From the human T2T-CHM13v2.0 reference genome, Homo sapiens: a stretch of 64,000 nt of DNA. Where the stretch lies: assembly GCF_009914755.1 (NCBI RefSeq), contig NC_060938.1. One strand, given 5' to 3'. The notes beneath the pieces are model-generated. The model was not told the DNA's origin, ran no database searches, and saw only the letters and a program-made list of their open reading frames with translations. Below, piece by piece: positions 53,480 to 64,000 of this stretch. The position numbers and the translations under genes were made by a program. Within the stretch, counting starts at the first letter, position 1. Each line of letters starts with the position of its first letter.

Positions 53480-53870
53480 CGTGAACAGCAGCAGCGTGTG
53501 GTCCCAGTTCTGGAGGCTCCAGCTGTCCACAGGGCTGGTTGGGTCTGAGGCAGTTGTGGGGAACCTGGCCTCTCCTCCACTCTCGTGGGGTTTGCAGGCC
53601 GTCTTTGCTGTTCCTTGGCTGGTGGAGGCAGCGCCTCAATCTCTGCCCGAATCTTCACATGGTATTCTCCCTGCGAGCTGTGTCCAAATTTCCCGTCTTT
53701 ATAAGGACACAGTCACACAGGATCAGGGGCCCACACTCCCGGGATGACTCACCCTAACTTGATGGATCACATCTGCAAAGACCCTATTTCCAAACAAGGT
53801 CACATTCTGAGGCCCTGGGGGTTAGGCCTTCAACATATGAATTCGAGGGGACACAATTCGACCCGTAACA
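53480..53870. mobile_element. MLT1-like LTR
   Basis: atctgcaaagaccctatttccaaacaaggtcacattctgagg. Confidence 0.8.
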
Positions 53871-55286
53871 GCTTCTGTCTCCCCACACATCCGATGTGCT
53901 TCTCCCTCTGCCACGCTTAGGCTGGGGTCTCTACCAGGCACCTCGACCCGAGTCCTCACTCAGGCCGGCTCTGAGCCTCACAGCTCTGTCTGTGGGAGCT
54001 GCCCTAGTTTTCCACGGACCTTTATTAGGTGACATGGGAATATCGAGCAGTGCCCCAGAATCCCTGGGTTTTGACACAGTGCTTCCTCCTCACCTGAGGC
54101 AGCATTCCCACCCTCCTGCAGGGATCTCTCCGAAGAGATTCCTCTGCAGAGATCTCTGGCCCGCGGAGCTCCCTTCTCCAGCGGTCAGCTCGGCAGTGAG
54201 CGGCCCCACATGGCCAGAGGGCATCTCTGCTCCTGTGTTTGGGAAGCAGACCCACGTTCCCCAGAGGACCGGGAGCCAGGACTGCCACTCCTGCGACCCC
54301 ACCTTACCAGAGTGGGAAAGAAAAATCCCTCCATAGCCGATTAGCTGTCACGGCCACTCTGTGTAAGGACTGCAGAGGCGTGGCAAGGCCGTGACTGGCG
54401 TCCGTCCACAGAAGCCCTCTCACAGGCATGGCCACCTCCAGTTCGGCATTCTGGCGGTGGGGAAACGGCCTCCTAGGTCGGTCCCAGGTTAGAAGCCTGT
54501 TCTGCCCCCCACAGGCCTGCATCTCAGTGTTAAGGGGTGCAGTCTCCCCGCTGCAACCATTCCACCAGTCTGTTAGGCCTCCTGCTTCTAGGTGAAGGGC
54601 GTGGAGTGAGACCAGTGGAACTGATGGACACAAGCTTATCGCCACACTGGTTTTCCTCTGAAACAAGGCCCTGGATTACAAGTGTCATTTGTGGAATCCC
54701 AAGGCAGCGAAGGAGGCCAAGGATGGCATGCTGGCGGGAGAAGCCTGCGAGGACCCGTCCCTTTGAGGATCCATCCCTGCAAGGACTGGCTCTCGACAAA
54801 AGGCACGCCGTGTGCTCTGCCTGCTTCCTGGAGGCTGGCTGCCCTCCCCACAGGGGGTGGTGCCACATCAGGGCTCAGACACCATCCTCGCTGTTGGAAA
54901 GATGGGCGCCCAGCTGTCCATGCTGCTGGAAGGGTCTGGTGGGGGTGAATAGGCTACGGAGCCTGTGTGGCCACCATGCCTGTGGCCTCAGCCACTTTGT
55001 GCAAAGGACTGCAGAGGCGTGGCAAGGCCATGATGTGTCCGTCCACCGAAGGCCTCCCTGGTTTTGAGCCCCTCCTCTGCAGGGAATGCTTCCAGCATTT
55101 TCATGGATTACAAATGTCTTAGCCCCTGCCCTTTCAAGCAGTTCCTTAGCTCCCCTCCCCAGTCCACAGAGCCATCTCCTGCCTGTGAGTTAGGCCTAAT
55201 CAACGTAAATCTGTCCTCCAGGCCCTCCCTTCCCTCCAGATGAGGTGCGCAACCAGTGGTGCTGCTGGACGTTTGAAAATACAAAA

Positions 55287-55602
55287 GGCCGGGCGTGGTG
55301 GCTCATGCCTGTAATCCCAGAATTTTGTGAGGCCGAGGCGGGTGGATCCCAAGGTCAGGAGTTCAAGACCAGCCTGGCCAAGATGGTAAAACCCTGTGTC
55401 TACTAAAAATACAAAAATCAGCCAGGCATGGTGACGGGCACCTGTAATCCCATCTACTCAGGAGGCTGAGGCAGGAGAATCGCTTGAACCTGGGAGGTGG
55501 AAGTTTCAGTGAGCCGAGGTGGTGCCAGTGCACTCCAGCCTGGGTGACAGAGCGAGACTCCTGTCTCAAAAAAAAAAAAAAAAAAGAAGAAGAAGAAGAA
55601 GA
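55287..55602 (+). mobile_element. Alu (AluS-like) inserted at the linker of an older Alu; TSD AATACAAAA
   Basis: Full dimer, tail A17(GAA)n. Confidence 0.93.
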
Positions 55603-55663
55603 ATACAAAAATTAGCTGGGCATGGGGGCACGTGCCTATAGTCCCAACTATTCACTGGGAGGT

Positions 55664-56010
55664 TGTATTAGTCCATTTTCATGCTGCTGATAAAGACGTA
55701 TTTGAGACTGGGCAATTTACAAAAGAAACAGGTTTATTGGATTTGCAGTTCCATGTGGCTGGGGAGGCCTCACAATCATGGCAGAAGGGGAATGGCACAT
55801 CTCACATGGTGACAGACAAGAGAGAGAAGGAACTTATGCAGGGAAATTCCTCCTTATAAAACCATCAGATCTCATGAGACTTATTCAGAATCACGAGAAC
55901 AGCATGGGAAAGACCTGTCCCCATGATTCAATTACCTCCCACTGGGTCCCTCCCACAACACATGGGAATTCAAGATGAGATTTGGGTGGCGACACAGCCA
56001 AACCATACCA
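55664..56010. mobile_element. THE1-type MaLR solo LTR inserted into an AluJ-like right arm (55605-56133)
   Basis: TGTATTAGTCC...AAACCATACCA termini; 5-bp TSD GAGGT/GAGGC. Confidence 0.9.
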
Positions 56011-56139
56011 GAGGCTGAGGTGGGAGGATTGCTTGAACCCAGGAGGCAAGGTTGCAGTGAGCCAAGATCATGCCACTGCACTCCAGCCTGAGTGACAGAG
56101 CGAGACCCCTATCTCAAACCCCCCCCCAAAAAACAGATA

Positions 56140-56960
56140 CAGGTGGATGATTGGATGGGTCAGGGATGGATGAATGGTTGGATGGGTGGAAGGATGGATA
56201 CAGGGTGGGTGGATTGTTGGATAGATGGTGGGATAAATATTCGGGTGGTGTATGGTTGGATGGATGGTAGGATGGTGGATGGTGGATAATTGGCTGGATG
56301 GATAGTAGGATGGATGGATGTTGGATGGATGGATGAACAGTGGGGTGGTAGATGGGTAGATAAATGGTTGGATGGACAGTAGGATGGTGGGTGGTTGGAT
56401 GGATGGATTGATGGATGGATGGATGGATGGAGGGTTAGATGAATGCATATTGGCTGGATGATAGAATGGTGGATGGATAGATGGGTGGTAGGATGGTAGA
56501 TGTTTAGGTAAATGGTTAGATGGGTAGTAGAATGGTGAATGGTTGGATGGATAGATTAATGGATGGATGGTAAGATGGTGGATGGTTGGATGAATGTTTG
56601 GATGGATCGTAGGCTGGTGGATGGTTGCATGGTTGGGTGGGTGGATGTATGGTTGGATGGTGAATGGTTGGATGAATTGATGGATGGATGGTAGGATAGG
56701 TGAATGGTTGGATGGATAGGGATGATTGGATGGATGGATTGATGGTGGACTGATGGATGGATAGATGGTTGGTAGATGATAGGTTGGATGGACAGTTGAA
56801 TGGTTGGATGGATTGATGGATGGTTGGTTGGGTGGATGGATGGATGGTTGGACAGATGGTTGAATAGATGGTATGATGGGGTTAAGGACAGATGCATAGG
56901 TGGTGGAAAGATGGATGTTTAAAGATGGTTGGCTAGGAAGATAATTGGATGGATGGAGGA
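56140..56960. repeat. Degenerate (TGGA)n/(GGAT)n simple repeat
   Basis: About 820 bp of ggatggat variants. Confidence 0.93.
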
Positions 56961-57293
56961 TCCCCCAGGGTTGCTACCTGAGCAAACTCTGGGAGGTTTG
57001 GAAATCTTGATCACAGGGGTCTGTGGGCCTGTCCTGTGGATGAGAAGTCAAGACTGGAGAGGCTTTGACCTGGGCTGGTTTTAGGGATAGGGGCCACTGT
57101 GAGGACAGAGATGCAGAGGCACAGACAAGGAACTGGGTGGAGGTGCACTCTGCAGGATTTCTGGTGTCTGATGGAGATGGTTATTTGTGGACTCCAGATG
57201 ATTCTAGAAGTCCCCAAGACTCTTCTGGGTGGGATTCATGAAGGCAGGTGGCAGGTTCCCCAGCTTAAAAGCCAATAGAAAAGTAAAGAATCG

Positions 57294-57590
<297 letters not shown>

Positions 57591-58099
57591 ATCGGAATGA
57601 CAGATACCGGCAGTCTGAGGATTGGCGGAGATGGCCTCGCTGACTGGGAATATTTGAGCAGAGGCAGGAAATGGCTGGGGCGGAGGGACTGGCAGGAGCA
57701 GAAGCCTGATGTGGGGCTTGGGGCGTGCTGGGGCGTAGCGAAGTGGCAGGAGATCCCGGAGCACCGGCAGGGAGGGGAGCCAGAGGGAGAGGAAGGCGTG
57801 GAGGCCTTATGGAGCTCTCCTGGGGTCTTGGATGTTCACTCCGAGTGCGATGGGAGCTGCAGGAAGGTTTGATCCCCGGAGAGACCAGATCGGGCTTGAG
57901 CTCTGACCGCAACCCCTGGCGCTGGTTGGAGGGCACACGGGCAAGGCGGTGGTGGGAGCGCTGCGGCAGTGCAAGACCACAGAGCAGGGGGATATGCGGG
58001 GGGTGGGCTGGGAGGGCTAGGTGGGGCGTCTGACGAGGCTGGGGAACTCCTGTTCTTAAGCTCAGGCCGGGGTGAGCACTGTCCCTAGGAGGGTGTGGC

Positions 58100-59400
58100 C
58101 AATCCTCGCCCTCAAGGCACTGCGGCATGAATGAAGCGCTTTAAAGGGAGTTCCCAAAATGAAATCCCTAAGCGAAAGGTCTGGTCCTTCTGGGAAGCGG
58201 AGCAGACTGCGACAGCTGGCGTTGGAGCGGGGGGCGGTCCCAAGTCATCCTCAGGCCACCCGTGGCCAGCCCCAAGCTCTCTGCGGTGAGGAGCGCTAGC
58301 CCCAGAGCCTGGCGTCCTGCTGGGGAGGCGCCTTTCCCGCGGCGCTGGGCGCCCTGGGCATCCGGGAGGAGCACCCGTCCCGCCCTCTCCCCGCGCCCCG
58401 CTCCGCACTCCCCGCCAGCCCTGCGCCCCGCTCCCCGCGCGCCCCCTGGCGGCAAACTTCGCAATGGCTCCCGCCGCGCTCTGCTTTTCGGGGTTGCCGG
58501 AGGGGCGGGGCTGCCGGAGGGGCGGGGCTGCCGGAGGGGCGGGGCTGCCGGAGGGGCGGGGCTGCCGGAGGGGCGGGGCTGCCGGAGGGGCGGGGCTGCC
58601 GGAGGGGCGGGGCTGCCGGAGGGGCGGGGCTCGAGTGGGAATGCAACCCTTGGACACGGTGGATCCTGGGAATCTAACCTTCCGTCCCGGGGCTGATGAG
58701 CTCCAGCCCTGCCCCAGGAACTGTGCTGGGGGCCCCTGGGGATGGGGACTCAAGCTCAGAGGGCGGAGACCTCGGGCGCCCCGGCTTCGTCCGCAAGGCG
58801 AGACGGGCCGCAGGGGACTGCTAGGGTCTGCAGGGGGGTCTGCGGGGGTGAGGGGGCGGGTGGGCTCGGAGGATGGCCCCGGGCTCCCAGGGAAGCTGGA
58901 AGGGCGTCGGGGGAGGTGACGGCGCGGAGACCTCGGACTCTCAGTCCTGCAGGGGCCGCGGACACAGGTGGGGAGGAGTGGGGGAGTTTTTCCCTGGGAG
59001 AAATGGGAAGCGTCGAAGGATTTTAAGGAGTGCGGCTGGTCGGGTTTGCATTCGGGGAGGTCGCTTTGTCTCTTGAGTGGAGAATGAGGAGGTGGCAACA
59101 GCAGGGGAGTCACCGGGAGGCTGCTCGGGTCCAGCTCAAAAACGCCAGGCCCGCCCCCGCCCCGCAGGTCCGCGGGAAGGAAGGAAAAGGCGTTGGGGAT
59201 GCGTAGGAGGCAGAGGCCTTGGTGGTCGATCCGGTGTGGAGTGGGGCAGGGGCTGCGAGGAGGGCGCCCAGGACTGGTATCAGTGAACAGTGACGGTGGG
59301 GCAGGGCGGTGACCTTAGCACCAGCGCTTCGGTGGGGGGGAGGAAGCACCTGAGCCGCGGAGAAAGGCCTGCGTGAGGTGGGCACAGGCTGGCGTTGAAG
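58100..59400. promoter_or_regulatory. Second CpG island, with a strong CTCF motif (58439-58454, minus strand TGCCGCCAGGGGGCGC) and a GC-box VNTR
   Basis: CpG density; close match to the CTCF core CCNCCAGGGGGCGC. Confidence 0.7.
58496..58631. repeat. 17-bp perfect VNTR (GCCGGAGGGGCGGGGCT) x8
   Basis: Units start at 58496 and every 17 nt to 58615. Confidence 0.96.
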
Positions 59401-59986
59401 CCCTGGGGTGGACTCACGTCCAGGGGAGGGCGGTGCTTCACACGTCCCAGGCACTGTCTTGTGTGGCCCCAAGTGCTGTCTGAATCTCTCCTGCGTCTTG
59501 GGCCCCAGCACCAACAGCCGTCGCCCTGGAGCCAGGCAGCAGCCTTAAGCTTCCCTGGGAGGCTGACTGGCTGGGAGCAGGGAGGTCCCATCGGGGAAGT
59601 AGGGGCGTGCAGGGGGCTTGGCGCCTGCAGTCCTGGAGGGGCAGGGCAGATGATAAGGCTAAGTACCTCCTGTCCTTTGCTCAGCCAGCCACTAGGAGGA
59701 GGCCGCAGAGAAGAAGCCGCCAGGGGCTGGGGGAGGCCAGGGACGGGGCAGGGAGGAGGGGCTGGGCTGAATGCAGGTGCCCCAGGAGCTGCGGGCTCTC
59801 CTTCCACAGGTTCGTGTCTGGTACACGGCTGGAGAAGGCAGGGAGGGTGGGAGGAGCCTGGCTTGGAGAGAAAGGGCTGGCCGGAGACACCAGAGTGCTC
59901 AGGGCAGGGGCGGGAGAGGTGGTCCCTCAGGCCTCAGTGGCAGAGGCATGGGGATCCAGGGCTGAGAGTGAGTCTGTGGTTCATGG

Positions 59987-60316
59987 GGTTACCAGAAAGG
60001 GGTCCTGATCCAGATCCCAAGAGAGGGTTCTTAGATCTCACGCAAGAAAGAATTCAGGGCGAGTCCACAAAGTAAAGCGAAAGCAAATTTATTAAGAAAT
60101 TAGAGGAATAAAAGAATGGCCACTCCATAGAGCGGGCCAGAGGGCTGCTGGGTGACCATTTTTATGGTTTTATTTTTATTATATGATAAACAAAGGGTGT
60201 ATTATTCATGACTCTCCTTTTTAGACCATAAGGGGTAACTTCCTGATGTTGCCATGGCATTTGTAAACTCTCATGGTGCTGGTGGGAGTGTAGCAGTGAG
60301 GACGACCAGTGGTCAC
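59987..60316 (-). mobile_element. ERV1 LTR fragment (MER4/LTR8 group)
   Basis: gttaccagaaaggggtcctgatccagatcccaagagagggttcttagatctc terminus. Confidence 0.8.
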
Positions 60317-60318
60317 TC

Positions 60319-62341
<2,023 letters not shown>

Positions 62342-62384
62342 TTATTTTTTTGTTTTTGTTTTGTTTTGTTTGTCACTAATTTAA

Positions 62385-63108
62385 TCTTCTTACTTTAATT
62401 TTCTCCAGAGAATACTTTTTCTTTTTTCTTTTTTTTTGAGACAGAGTCTCACCCTGTCGCCCAGGCTGGAGGACAATGGCGCTATCTTGGCTCTCTCCAA
62501 CCTCCCAGGTTCAAACAATTCTCCTGCCTCAGCCTCCTGAGTAGCTGGGATTACAGGCACCTGCCACCATGCCCAGCTAATTTTTGTATTTTTAGTAGAG
62601 ATGAGGTTTCCCCATGTTGGCCAGGCTGGTTTCAAACTCCTGATCTCGTGATCCGCCTGCCTTGGCCTCCCAAAGTGCTGGGATTACAATTGTGAGCCAC
62701 CGAACCCGGCCGAGAATAGTTTTTCTTAAGTCCTTAAGGACTCAGCTCCTTACATGAGCTTTGATGGTGGTTGTGGGGCAGCACAGACAGGTCTAAATCC
62801 AGGTAGGGGTGTTTGGTCCTTGCAGGCTGCACGACATGGATTCCTGACTGCCTTGCTGTGAATCGCACAACTCACACAGCAGTGTAGCGTCACGTGCAGC
62901 TTGGGAAGCACGTAGGCTTTGAAGATGCTTGTTTCAGAAACGTTACTGACTGCTGTGGCCTCTACTGCTTCAAATGATGAATTTGTTAACAGCCTTGTCT
63001 TTGGACACAGTTTGTGCAGCAAATAGGCTGCACATGGCCATGGCCCTTTTTGGCACAACCAGTGTTCCTTCTTTTCTTTGTCATCTTGAAGGCACAGACC
63101 CAAGAGAG
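62385..63108 (-). pseudogene. RPS26P: RPS26 processed pseudogene (ATG 63084 to TAA 62750; frameshifted; 3'UTR split by an Alu)
   Basis: [25 protein letters not shown] and [26 protein letters not shown]...PPSKLM resemble RPS26; intronless; pyrimidine 5' end CTCTCTT; deletions and a CGA>TGA change; degenerate A-tail at about 62345-62372. Confidence 0.93.
62424..62711 (-). mobile_element. Alu inserted in the 3'UTR of the RPS26 pseudogene
   Basis: TSD GAGAATA[C/G]TTTTTCTT at 62408-62423 and 62712-62727. Confidence 0.93.
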
Positions 63109-63109
63109 T

Positions 63110-64000
<891 letters not shown>

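Noticed and set aside
52600-55600. Possible location of the lncRNA LINC00638, recalled as lying distal to ZBTB42
   Set aside because: Boundaries cannot be established from the sequence, so it is not listed as a feature
62750-63103. 117-aa ORF as a functional RPS26 paralogue
   Set aside because: The native ATG frame is broken by deletions and stops, the ORF starts at TTG, and many substitutions are CpG-decay type

Overview
Human (or very closely related primate) genomic DNA from the 14q32.33 AKT1-ZBTB42 locus. Minus strand, 1-24.6 kb: AKT1. Eleven coding exons (codons 1-420 of 480, 1260 nt, all GT-AG) and its 5'UTR exons and CpG-island promoter are present; the last two coding exons lie off the left edge. 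Plus strand, about 29.5-33.6 kb: ZBTB42 (BTB plus four C2H2 zinc fingers, 422 aa), divergent from AKT1. To the right are a 3.9-kb C/A-rich low-complexity tract with higher-order units, an Alu/MaLR/L1-dense interval with two CpG islands lacking any protein-coding gene, and an RPS26 processed pseudogene. Nearly all long ORFs other than AKT1 and ZBTB42 are GC-content or repeat artefacts. I cannot demonstrate a new biological system from sequence alone. The most promising leads are: (i) a candidate internal AKT1 exon at about 14.03-14.08 kb encoding MGCRQRSRLLNVLEK, whose splice phase could give either stop/start-coupled Met63 initiation or a PH-less kinase; (ii) a perfect 138-bp dispersed duplication in the large AKT1 intron; (iii) uORFs in both the AKT1 and ZBTB42 leaders; (iv) motif-bearing VNTRs. 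Repeat subfamily names and boundaries are by-eye estimates.
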